The notes under the pieces are model-generated. The model was given only the letters and a program-made list of their open reading frames with translations, was not told the DNA's origin and ran no database searches. A DNA stretch of 64,000 bases from a virus. Where the stretch lies: the IMG/VR virus record IMGVR_UViG_3300037961_005010, positions 1-64,000 of that record; one strand, 5' to 3'. Numbering within the stretch: position 1 is the stretch's first letter; each line of letters begins with the position of its first letter. A program made the translations under genes and the position numbers. This document shows positions 9,107-16,942 of the stretch, in pieces.

Positions 9107-9385
9107 ATGTTTAATAAATCGAATGAGATAGAGGACGACGGATTCATCACTGTGTACCCGAAGCTAGAGCACCCTCACATTGTAAAGGACGGTATACCAA
9201 AGCACGGATCTCCGCAGGATAGAGGCTCGGCTGATAGGTACTATGGACGTCCGTACGATCCACACTGGTATCCCGAGGGGACTGGTAAGGGGAGTCGTAT
9301 AGAGATGGCTCAGATGACTTCTAACCAGATAGTAGAGTATACCTGGGGATATAACAACGAGGAAGATCGGAAAGACTGGGGATGA
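9107..9385 (+). CDS. Conserved phage hypothetical protein
   Basis: GAGGAG SD; HGSPQDRGSADRYYGR motif. Confidence 0.7.
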   Translation: MFNKSNEIEDDGFITVYPKLEHPHIVKDGIPKHGSPQDRGSADRYYGRPYDPHWYPEGTGKGSRIEMAQMTSNQIVEYTWGYNNEEDRKDWG

Positions 9386-9633
9386 TAACGATAGAGTTCG
9401 ATCAAGACGAGACCTGTATTACTATCCTTGATAATACAGGTGAGCTCGAGGATATATCAGTGTTGCTCTATGACGACTATTGCCACATCAGGCAGTACGA
9501 TGAGAAGAGAGACAGGTTTGATGTCGTGACTATGACTGCTGAGATGTACCTCAAGCTCATGAAGGCTTGGAACCTCCCCGAAGGGGCCTACGATATCGTA
9601 ATGGCCCACAGAAAAAAAAACGTAAGTAGTTGA
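9382..9633 (+). CDS. Hypothetical protein
   Basis: ATGA coupling. Confidence 0.65.
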   Translation: MITIEFDQDETCITILDNTGELEDISVLLYDDYCHIRQYDEKRDRFDVVTMTAEMYLKLMKAWNLPEGAYDIVMAHRKKNVSS

Positions 9634-9682
9634 TTCTAAACGAAACAAAAAGGTTTACATTTGGTTTAAACTGTGGTAGTAT
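9623..9682 (+). promoter_or_regulatory. Early sigma70-type promoter with IHF-consensus site
   Basis: GTTTACA (TTTACA 9654-9659), 17 bp, TAGTAT 9677-9682 with extended TGTGG; IHF consensus 9623-9635. Confidence 0.8.
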
Positions 9683-9710
9683 AGTTATATCAAATGATAA
9701 AGGATATTAC

Positions 9711-9959
9711 ATGTCACAGATAGTACACCTCAGCGACGGAACAGCCATCAAGGCAGACGTAGTAGAGTCTTTTAACAAGGCCGTAGGATCAAAGGAGAAC
9801 TGGAACACAGACGGTTCAATGAACTGGAACTTTGTGGACTCTGACATTAATCTCGATCTAGGAGCGTTCTACTCAGCTGACTACCTATATGAGTGCTTTA
9901 ACGCCTTAGCTGACAGATATGGAATCGGGTGGAAAGATACTGTAAGGGAGAATGTATAA
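9711..9959 (+). CDS. Hypothetical early protein
   Basis: AAGGA SD then ATG at 9711; NWNFVDSD motif. Confidence 0.7.
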   Translation: MSQIVHLSDGTAIKADVVESFNKAVGSKENWNTDGSMNWNFVDSDINLDLGAFYSADYLYECFNALADRYGIGWKDTVRENV

Positions 9960-10357
9960 TGGGAAGAGTGGAATATACTTACGAGGATAACTTAATCAGC
10001 GACCTCCATAAAGATGCTCGTGGACACCGTCCGTCATACGGCTTTATGCTAATGTGGGACGATCTCTCTCCTGCTCAAAAGCAAGAGAAGTGGGATAGCC
10101 TCTGTGAAGAGATGGAGGAGTCCATCGAGATGGAGAAGCAGATGGAGAAGGTTTCTCTAGACGAGTTCAGAAAAACTCTCCGTGCAACTATGAAGACTAC
10201 TGGTACTAACTGGAAGCGAGCTCTGTTCTTCTTAGCTCAGGCTGAGGACATCAACATCGAGGATAACTCACAGGAGTTCTCTCACTTCTTATGGCGCCAG
10301 GGTATCGGCTACGAAGATCGCAATAAAATATGTAAACTTTATGAGGAGACTGTGTAA
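9959..10357 (+). CDS. Hypothetical early protein
   Basis: TAATG coupling; SDLHKDARGHRP motif. Confidence 0.7.
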   Translation: MGRVEYTYEDNLISDLHKDARGHRPSYGFMLMWDDLSPAQKQEKWDSLCEEMEESIEMEKQMEKVSLDEFRKTLRATMKTTGTNWKRALFFLAQAEDINIEDNSQEFSHFLWRQGIGYEDRNKICKLYEETV

Positions 10358-10602
10358 TGACTATCGCTACTACATATGATGAAAGAATGAACCTGATCAA
10401 GAAGATCGATCAGCGGCGTAAGAAGCTGGCCTCTGTAAAGAAGAGGACTCGTAAGGTAAGACCACCAAAGGTGGATCGATCCTTTATGGAAGTTCCAAAG
10501 GAGTCTAATATGTATCAGTGGACTGATGCGTCAAAGTACGCGAAGGAGTACTATGGCGAGACTCTTTATCATACGACTCGTTTCGATAACGACTGGGATT
10601 AA
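10357..10602 (+). CDS. Hypothetical protein
   Basis: TAATG coupling, GAGGAG SD. Confidence 0.65.
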   Translation: MTIATTYDERMNLIKKIDQRRKKLASVKKRTRKVRPPKVDRSFMEVPKESNMYQWTDASKYAKEYYGETLYHTTRFDNDWD

Positions 10603-10638
10603 AATGCGACGCGCCTCCGGCGCGAGAAAGAACTGATC

Positions 10639-10842
10639 ATGACTGTGTTTCCCGCAAGCCTCATAAATACAACAGGCCACTGGTTAGTAGGTACCGAGTG
10701 GCACTACGCGAAAGGAACAGTACGGATGGAGTCAGATGGCTTCAGCTGTTCTTGTCGCAAGAAAGCACGAGTACCGTGCAACCACATTAAAAATGTTAAG
10801 CTTCGTCTGTACGGAGTCTTTGACGAGAACTATAAGGAATAA
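10639..10842 (+). CDS. SWIM zinc-finger-like small protein
   Basis: FSCSC...PCNHI (CxC...CxH). Confidence 0.6.
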   Translation: MTVFPASLINTTGHWLVGTEWHYAKGTVRMESDGFSCSCRKKARVPCNHIKNVKLRLYGVFDENYKE

Positions 10843-10846
10843 TAGT

Positions 10847-11431
10847 ATGAGTGACAAAAAACCACCAGGGATGGGCCTTAGGCCACCCTATGCTAGTTTC
10901 AAATTAAGAGACGAGCAGATTCACCTCTTAGAGACAGAGATTGCAGCTGAGGTCGAGAAGGCCGGAGGATTAGAGCAAGGTAAGGTAGGAAACGTTGGAG
11001 ATGCGAGAGGCGAGATTCGAAGAAGCGAGATCTTGTTCATGCCTAATAACATAGCGGTCAATTCTTTTTGCCACAATATCTTTAGAGATGCTAACCGACA
11101 GCTCTACGGTTTCCACCTTGAAAAGATATGGGACTTACAGTACACTGAGTATGATGCTTCTTATGAAGGACACTATGACTGGCACTGTGACACTATATGG
11201 AACAGTAGTACGTGGTATCAGAGAAAGCTCAGTATGACTATTCAATTGTCTTCTAGCTATGAGTACGAAGGTGGAGAGTTTGAGTTACAGAACACACCGC
11301 TGCCAGCTACCTATCAAGACAAAGGTACTGTACTAATGTTTCCTAGCTACTTGAATCACAGAGTCTTGCCTGTAACAAAAGGAAAGAGAAAATCTCTTGT
11401 CGCTTGGATTGAAGGTCCTTTGTTTGTATAA
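10847..11431 (+). CDS. 2OG-Fe(II) oxygenase (prolyl-4-hydroxylase/PKHD-type)
   Basis: YDWHCD (HxD), RKLS, YEGGEF, FPS..NHRV.PV..G.RKSLV; ATG at 10847 after AAGGA. Confidence 0.9.
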   Translation: MSDKKPPGMGLRPPYASFKLRDEQIHLLETEIAAEVEKAGGLEQGKVGNVGDARGEIRRSEILFMPNNIAVNSFCHNIFRDANRQLYGFHLEKIWDLQYTEYDASYEGHYDWHCDTIWNSSTWYQRKLSMTIQLSSSYEYEGGEFELQNTPLPATYQDKGTVLMFPSYLNHRVLPVTKGKRKSLVAWIEGPLFV

Positions 11432-11437
11432 AAAACG

Positions 11438-11497
11438 TAAGTGGTTGATTTCAAACGAAACCTTTTCCTTTACATTTAGTTTAAACTGTGGTAGTAT
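11438..11497 (+). promoter_or_regulatory. Early sigma70-type promoter with IHF-consensus site
   Basis: TTTACA 11469-11474, 17 bp, TAGTAT 11492-11497; IHF consensus 11438-11450; the part from -35 to SD is nearly identical to the 9623 copy. Confidence 0.8.
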
Positions 11498-11528
11498 AGT
11501 TATATCAAATGATAAAAGGATATAAAAA

Positions 11529-11792
11529 ATGGGAATAGCTTTAAACACACTTATCGATCAAACAGCGTCTTACTGCACAGAAGCTAATGACAAAGAATTA
11601 AAAGCTATGTACAGAGATGACATGAGGTTATTTTCAGAAGTTGCGGTTGCAATAACTTTTGGTAATTTCAAAAAAGCTTCTAGTTATGTTGAAGCTATGG
11701 ACACCTCAGCACGTGAGCAAGTCGTCACAGCTCTTGTAGAAGACTTAGGTGCTGAATTAGTTGCAGAAAAATTTGGTTATGAGGTACGTTAA
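11529..11792 (+). CDS. Hypothetical early protein
   Basis: AAGGA SD after the promoter; MDTSARE motif. Confidence 0.7.
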   Translation: MGIALNTLIDQTASYCTEANDKELKAMYRDDMRLFSEVAVAITFGNFKKASSYVEAMDTSAREQVVTALVEDLGAELVAEKFGYEVR

Positions 11793-11797
11793 TAAAA

Positions 11798-11995
11798 ATG
11801 GTTAAGGTTGTACACTATGTCGGTTTCCGTGGAGATGAGTTCGTCCGAGCTTATCGATTGTGGGGTGGTCCTGCAATGATCCACAAGTGGAATGACGATC
11901 GTGTTATGACTGAGGTCGGAGATTCAGATGTAGTTATATTCGGTCCCAAGTATCGTTATAATAAGTGGGTATGGGATGCTTCATCTGATATGTAA
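11798..11995 (+). CDS. Hypothetical protein
   Basis: GAGG SD; HYVGFRGDEF motif. Confidence 0.65.
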   Translation: MVKVVHYVGFRGDEFVRAYRLWGGPAMIHKWNDDRVMTEVGDSDVVIFGPKYRYNKWVWDASSDM

Positions 11996-11998
11996 AAT

Positions 11999-12142
11999 CC
12001 TAGGTGTAATAGTAAGTTCCTGTACAGGGCACCGAGGTTGGTATAGCGGCTGGTACCAGTAAACCCAGACGGTTGCTGCATACGTTAAATGCAGATAGGT
12101 GGAGGGGCAACTGCAGAACGCCCCTCCTCTGATTAAAAGGAG
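11999..12142 (+). ncRNA. Putative structured cis-regulatory RNA (family not recognised)
   Basis: GC-rich intergenic stretch with several stems: 11999-12006/12030-12037, 12076-12081/12089-12094, 12101-12108/12120-12127. Confidence 0.45.
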
Positions 12143-12148
12143 ATTGTT

Positions 12149-12478
12149 ATGTCAATGCATATGATTCGTGGAATCCAAGTTCATGGTAAGTCTAAACTGA
12201 AGCGTAAGCCAGGTTGGAAAAAAGTTGTAGCTGAGCATGAAGCTTTTCTTAAAAAGATGGGTGTAAAGAACACCAAGTCAAACTATAGGGCAGAGCTACC
12301 TGATTACAGCACTGGTCCTAGGATGACATCTGACGCTATACCAGGCAATGGATCTAAAGTAAAAGCAAATGAATACACCGGTGACTATATCATTGGTATA
12401 GGCACTATGCACAAGTCTAACGCTGTGCCTGTTACTCGTAAGAAGGATGCCGAAGATATGGCAAAGATGAGAAGATGA
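12149..12478 (+). CDS. Conserved T4-like hypothetical protein
   Basis: AAGGAG SD; YTGDYIIGIGTMHKSNAVPV motif. Confidence 0.75.
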   Translation: MSMHMIRGIQVHGKSKLKRKPGWKKVVAEHEAFLKKMGVKNTKSNYRAELPDYSTGPRMTSDAIPGNGSKVKANEYTGDYIIGIGTMHKSNAVPVTRKKDAEDMAKMRR

Positions 12479-12822
12479 GTGGACTTACTCTAGCATTAGG
12501 ATTGTCTATGCATCTAGGATTTGAAGGTGACTATAATTCTATACATCCGCATGTGAGATGGGAAGATCCATCTTATATCGCGGGTGCTTATTTAAATAGT
12601 GAAAGCACAATAAGTGCGTATGTTGGACAGGAGTATAACTATGGAGAATTTGCAGTGGAGCTTGGATTGGTCAGTGGATATTATGATATTGCTGTTGCTC
12701 CTTTTATAAGAGGAAAGTATAAGAACTTTTTTATAGCGCCTGCTGCAGAAGCAGTTGGTGATTCGTGGAATGGTGGAATAGTAATAGGATTTGAAAAAAC
12801 TTTAACAAAAGGGAAAAAATAA
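12475..12822 (+). CDS. Small outer-membrane beta-barrel-like protein
   Basis: Alternating aromatic/hydrophobic strands (N..HP, AGAYLNSE, GLVSGY, IVIGFE). Confidence 0.5.
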   Translation: MSGLTLALGLSMHLGFEGDYNSIHPHVRWEDPSYIAGAYLNSESTISAYVGQEYNYGEFAVELGLVSGYYDIAVAPFIRGKYKNFFIAPAAEAVGDSWNGGIVIGFEKTLTKGKK

Positions 12823-13076
12823 TGGAACTTACAAGAGATGGATTAGCTAAAAGACTAAGAGAAACTAGAGCTAACATTATCTTTATCAAAGCAGATGGTA
12901 CTCAAAGAATCATGCACTGCACACTAATGAAAAAATTCTTACCAGAACAGATTGATGTAGAAGAATACATTTCAGACAAGTCTAAGAGTCAAGAAGCTTT
13001 AGCTGTATGGGACTTAGAGAAACAAGACTGGAGAAGCTTCAGACTAGATAGAATAGAAGAAATAATCTGGGCGTAA
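12822..13076 (+). CDS. WYL-like/SH3 beta-barrel protein (DUF2693 type)
   Basis: F.KADGT.R.M.CTL and VWDLEKQDWRSFR motifs. Confidence 0.75.
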   Translation: MELTRDGLAKRLRETRANIIFIKADGTQRIMHCTLMKKFLPEQIDVEEYISDKSKSQEALAVWDLEKQDWRSFRLDRIEEIIWA

Positions 13077-13107
13077 TAAATAATAGTATCTAATATAGGA
13101 GTTTACT

Positions 13108-13311
13108 ATGATTTTGATTTCTTCATTAACATTAAGTTGGATTCTCTTTTCTGCAGCCTCAGCTTGTGCATTTATGATTGGGTTGAACTGGACTAGAGCA
13201 TCTCAAGACGATATAATATCTCATACTATAATGTATATGGTAGACAACAACATGGTTAAATGGAGGAAAGACGAGAACGGCGAGATAGAACTACTCCAAT
13301 TAGATGAATAA
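13108..13311 (+). CDS. Small membrane protein
   Basis: AGGAG SD; single hydrophobic helix. Confidence 0.6.
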   Translation: MILISSLTLSWILFSAASACAFMIGLNWTRASQDDIISHTIMYMVDNNMVKWRKDENGEIELLQLDE

Positions 13312-13316
13312 AATGG

Positions 13317-13345
13317 TTTACATTTATCTCAAACTGTGGTAGAAT
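13317..13345 (+). promoter_or_regulatory. Early sigma70-type promoter without IHF site
   Basis: TTTACA 13317-13322, 17 bp, TAGAAT 13340-13345, preceded by AAACTGTGG as in the other copies. Confidence 0.75.
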
Positions 13346-13372
13346 AATATTATATGATGAAGGAGAGAGCCA

Positions 13373-13855
13373 ATGGCTATTCGTAAGAAGCGTAAACCAA
13401 TGTCACCGGAACAAAAAGCTGCTGCAGTTGAAAGACTAGCAAAAGCTCGTGAAAAGAGGATGAGAGAGAATCCTCCTAAATATAAAAACATTCACCCTAA
13501 TGCTTTGAATCGTCCAGAAGACGACCCATTTTATTTTCGTAAGATTCAGTCTTGGATCAAAACGCAAAAAGAATTACTAGCTGGTGCTAGAAAAATGGTC
13601 AGGCTGAAAGAGAAAAACGCAGAAACTAAAGTAGCACATATTCAAGCTTACATCAATAATCTTCAGAAGTATTTAAGTACTGGAGAATATGTTGATATGT
13701 TCTATGGTGAGTATCAGCAACATAAGATTCGTTATCGTTGCGTTGTTCCAGCATACGAAAAAGATGGTACACCTAAATATTCGTACGGTGTGTTTTATCA
13801 AGACTTAGGATATACGTACACAGGCTTAGATCCAGAAGTAGAAGAGGAAACATGA
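13373..13855 (+). CDS. Conserved T4-like hypothetical protein
   Basis: AAGGAG SD; basic N-terminus MSPEQKAAAVERLAKAR. Confidence 0.7.
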   Translation: MAIRKKRKPMSPEQKAAAVERLAKAREKRMRENPPKYKNIHPNALNRPEDDPFYFRKIQSWIKTQKELLAGARKMVRLKEKNAETKVAHIQAYINNLQKYLSTGEYVDMFYGEYQQHKIRYRCVVPAYEKDGTPKYSYGVFYQDLGYTYTGLDPEVEEET

Positions 13856-14082
13856 TAGAAGCAGAATTCATGAACAAATCAAAATTCAGTAAGATAGTTG
13901 AAAAACAAGTTTTGGATAAAAAGCTAGGTTACATTGATGCTGTAGTAGAAGCATGTAAGTTAACTAGCATTGATCCAGAAGATGTAAAAAAATTTATTTC
14001 TCCTGTTATAAAGGAGAAAATTGAAGCAGAGGCTATGAGTTTAAATTTCTTGCCTCGACAAAATACGTTATATTTTGAATAA
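13852..14082 (+). CDS. gp33: Late transcription co-activator gp33
   Basis: FS..VE...YIDAVV..C...IDPE.V...IS..IKEKIEAEA..LNFL; upstream of gp32. Confidence 0.85.
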   Translation: MIEAEFMNKSKFSKIVEKQVLDKKLGYIDAVVEACKLTSIDPEDVKKFISPVIKEKIEAEAMSLNFLPRQNTLYFE

Positions 14083-14089
14083 ATAGCTA

Positions 14090-14118
14090 TGTACAATACA
14101 GCACATATAATGTATAAT
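14090..14118 (+). promoter_or_regulatory. sigma70-type promoter for gp32
   Basis: TGTACA (14090-14095), 17 bp, TATAAT (14113-14118). Confidence 0.6.
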
Positions 14119-14155
14119 AATACAGTAATATTTCAGACATACGGAGAATATAAAA

Positions 14156-15067
14156 ATGTCATTCGAAAATTTAAAACGCAATCGCGGTAAAATCGATCAA
14201 CTGATTGCTGCAGCAGAAGCAACAGGCACACAAACTCAAACAAATAAGTATACAGACGATCGCATGTGGAAACCCACAGTCGATAAACAGAATAATGGTT
14301 ATGCCGTTATTAGGTTTCTTCCAGCTTCGGAAGGGTCAGACTTACCTTGGAATCGTTATTGGGATCATGGCTTTAAAGGTCCAACAGGTAAGTGGTACAT
14401 TGAAAGATCTCTTACATCAATTGGTCAACAAGATCCAGTCGGTGAGTTGAATTCTCGCTTATGGAACTCTGGTGTTGAAGCAGATAAAGAAACAGCTCGT
14501 CGTCAAAAGCGAAGACTTCATCATGTTTCTAACATTTATGTTGTAAGTGATCCAGGAAATCCTTCAAATGAAGGTAAAGTCTTCCTATATCAATATGGAA
14601 AGAAAATCTTCGATAAACTAATGGATGCAATGCAACCAGAGTTTGCTGATGAAGATCCTATCAATCCATTTGATTTTTGGAACGGCGCTAACTTCAAGTT
14701 GAAGATTCGTGATGTTGAAGGATATCGTAATTATGACAAGTCAGAGTTTGCTAACGTTTCTCCTCTATCAGAAAACGATGATGAGTTGGAAAAAATTTAC
14801 GATTCAATGCATGATCTTCGTGAGTTTACAGATCCTAAACACTACAAAACATATGATGAACTTCAAGCTAAATTACAATCAGTGATTGGTGGTGGAATCC
14901 TCGGTGGTGCACCAAAGATTGAAGATGAAATACGTTTAGGTGAAGAAACTCCAGCGCCGACAATTAAAGAAGTGCAACCAGCATCTTCTGCAGAAGAGAT
15001 ATCTACTTCCGAAGATGATGATACTATGTCATACTTTTCAAAATTAATTAATGATGATGCAGCCTAA
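14156..15067 (+). CDS. gp32: Single-stranded DNA-binding protein gp32
   Basis: DDRMWKP, GYAVIRFLP, HGFKGPTGKWYIE, YGKKIFDK, GANFKLK, NYDKSEF; acidic tail. Confidence 0.97.
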   Translation: MSFENLKRNRGKIDQLIAAAEATGTQTQTNKYTDDRMWKPTVDKQNNGYAVIRFLPASEGSDLPWNRYWDHGFKGPTGKWYIERSLTSIGQQDPVGELNSRLWNSGVEADKETARRQKRRLHHVSNIYVVSDPGNPSNEGKVFLYQYGKKIFDKLMDAMQPEFADEDPINPFDFWNGANFKLKIRDVEGYRNYDKSEFANVSPLSENDDELEKIYDSMHDLREFTDPKHYKTYDELQAKLQSVIGGGILGGAPKIEDEIRLGEETPAPTIKEVQPASSAEEISTSEDDDTMSYFSKLINDDAA

Positions 15068-16761
15068 TAAGGACCATGACTATTATCAGTGGTATTAGGA
15101 GTTCCACTGTTGTTTAATATAGTCTGATTTACTTTAGACTCATTGATATTATTTGTAGTCGGCGCCACTATTGGCATGTTACCTAATGGCATTGGCGCCG
15201 TCAAATATTCTGGCATCAGAGGATCAAAACGCCTTTCAAAAGGATTAATCACTGGTCCTAAATTAGGATTAGGTCCTTCTAATGGACTGGTTCTTTTAGT
15301 GAAGAGAGGACTAGTTCCAGCTCTTTGAGCTATCAGTTCAGATTCGGCAGCCATCTTTGTAGCAGCTCTGAGTCTTTCTTCTTTGTCTCTCTTTCTTAAC
15401 ATTTCCCCTATTTGTTTTATCTCACCTGGTTTTAGTTTTGATACGTCTTCAAACCCCATTTCAGGTAAAGTTACACTATGCATCTTTTCATAGTTCTGTA
15501 TTTGCTTTTGAAGATCAAGACTTTTAGGTTGATCATTTTCCATTAGTGATCTTACAAAATCAACGTATAGTTCTCTCAATCCACCTGTTATAGTACCATC
15601 TCCTAATTGATTAGGAAGAAGCATAAACTGAGCTGCCATTCCACCAGTACTTCCTAATATATTAAACATCTTAGTAAATATATTTCCAGGATACCTGAAT
15701 AGACGTTTATTAGAAGCAGCCATTGATCGAGATACTAGCTCTGCTGTTGTTTCATAAGGATTAAGCGCGCCTAGTGCGCCGACAGTTAAACCTTTATCGA
15801 ATCTTCGTAATATATTAGCTGCAGCAGGATTTGTCCTTCTACTTCCTGTTGAATTAAACTTTGGAAAACTTCTCATTGGAGCTTTTACAACAGATTTTGT
15901 ATCTATCTTCGGTGTATTAACATTAGCTGGATCAGGTAACTGAAGAGACGGAACCGATTTTAACATTTCACGAATAGCTATATCAGTCTTTACAAATCTA
16001 TTTTTATCAGTCAGGTTGATAAATCTTCCAGTACTTGGATCGAATTTTAACTTACCAATACTCGTTTGAACAGTTGGCCCTAACTTTTTTAATGATTCCA
16101 TAACAGAAGGATCTAATTTAACTATACCAGGTTTAACGTTTATATTAGCTATATCAGGTGTTACTGTTTTCTTTATTGAAGGATCTGGTTTTGTAGTTAA
16201 ATCAAAATTAGGAGAAATTTTTGGTGCTTTGATGGTAGACACAGATGTTTGAATAGATGGCGCTCTCAACCCTGATGATGTTCGAGTGTCAGGAGCAGCT
16301 GTGTTTTTAATAGACGCCACGTTTTTAGGCGTGAAGTTTCTGTTAGTAATTTTAGCTTTAGGATCTTTTGCGCCTAAAACTTTTGACGCCGACCCAGCTT
16401 CTATTCTTTCATCAAGAGTGGTCGCTATCTTGTAAGCTAAAGTACCACCTGCTGCTAAAAGAGCTGCTTGAGCAGCTTTAGTCATGATACCTAATGGAAT
16501 CCCTAAAACACCTAATCCTCCGGCTTTTAATCCTTGTGGCATCATATTAGCAAAGAAGCCTGGTCCAGATTTTTTATCTTTCTTTTTTTCTTCTAACTCG
16601 TCTAATCTTTGTCTTCTGTCAAACTGTATATCTTTAGCTATAGTGTTGTGTAAATCTTCTATAGCTTTAGTAGTTTGCCTTTGCTCAAGAATGAGTTCTT
16701 GCACAGTTTTTTCTGAAGCACTCTGTTTAAAAGCATCAGTTAATTGTTCTAAAGAGGCCAT
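15064..16761 (-). CDS. Putative tape-measure / baseplate hub protein (gp29 position)
   Basis: 565 aa, N-terminal coiled coil and Gly/Ala hydrophobic stretch, C-terminal APTTNN..NQT; downstream of gp26/gp51-like genes. Confidence 0.5.
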   Translation of the reverse strand: MASLEQLTDAFKQSASEKTVQELILEQRQTTKAIEDLHNTIAKDIQFDRRQRLDELEEKKKDKKSGPGFFANMMPQGLKAGGLGVLGIPLGIMTKAAQAALLAAGGTLAYKIATTLDERIEAGSASKVLGAKDPKAKITNRNFTPKNVASIKNTAAPDTRTSSGLRAPSIQTSVSTIKAPKISPNFDLTTKPDPSIKKTVTPDIANINVKPGIVKLDPSVMESLKKLGPTVQTSIGKLKFDPSTGRFINLTDKNRFVKTDIAIREMLKSVPSLQLPDPANVNTPKIDTKSVVKAPMRSFPKFNSTGSRRTNPAAANILRRFDKGLTVGALGALNPYETTAELVSRSMAASNKRLFRYPGNIFTKMFNILGSTGGMAAQFMLLPNQLGDGTITGGLRELYVDFVRSLMENDQPKSLDLQKQIQNYEKMHSVTLPEMGFEDVSKLKPGEIKQIGEMLRKRDKEERLRAATKMAAESELIAQRAGTSPLFTKRTSPLEGPNPNLGPVINPFERRFDPLMPEYLTAPMPLGNMPIVAPTTNNINESKVNQTILNNSGTPNTTDNSHGPY

Positions 16762-16763
16762 TT

Positions 16764-16889
16764 CTATCCACCTGCTTTTTGTTTATCTCTTAATTCTTCT
16801 AAATGATCTAATAATAATGTAACGTATATTTCTTTTTCCCAAGGTATCAAACTTTCAATGTCGGCCAAGGACCATTTATGGTGCTGCAT
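16764..16889 (-). CDS. gp51: gp51-like short baseplate hub/tail assembly ORF (possibly reached by -1 frameshift from gp26)
   Basis: MQHHKWSLADIESLIPWEKEIYV matches the short ORF that follows gp26 in T4-like marine phages; frame stays open up to 16952. Confidence 0.75.
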   Translation of the reverse strand: MQHHKWSLADIESLIPWEKEIYVTLLLDHLEELRDKQKAGG

Positions 16890-16942
16890 TAACGAAAAGT
16901 TGGTCTTATAGTGGTGCACCAAATTATCACCAGAAGACCATA

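Noticed and set aside
10610-10624. GC hairpin CGCGCC-TCC-GGCGCG as a terminator
   Set aside because: Only 6 bp with a 3-nt loop and no U-tract on the coding strand; function unsupported.
4722-11530. Repeated ~45-100-bp sequences as a CRISPR array
   Set aside because: Copies are kilobases apart and each contains a -35/-10 promoter; no regular spacers or cas genes.
11941-12107. Twister ribozyme-like words (CGGTCCCAAG and GTGGAGGG)
   Set aside because: The first lies inside a coding region about 150 nt from the second, and the flanking P4 pairing is not properly formed.
11999-12130. tRNA
   Set aside because: No cloverleaf, no TTCGA T-loop and no acceptor stem with CCA.
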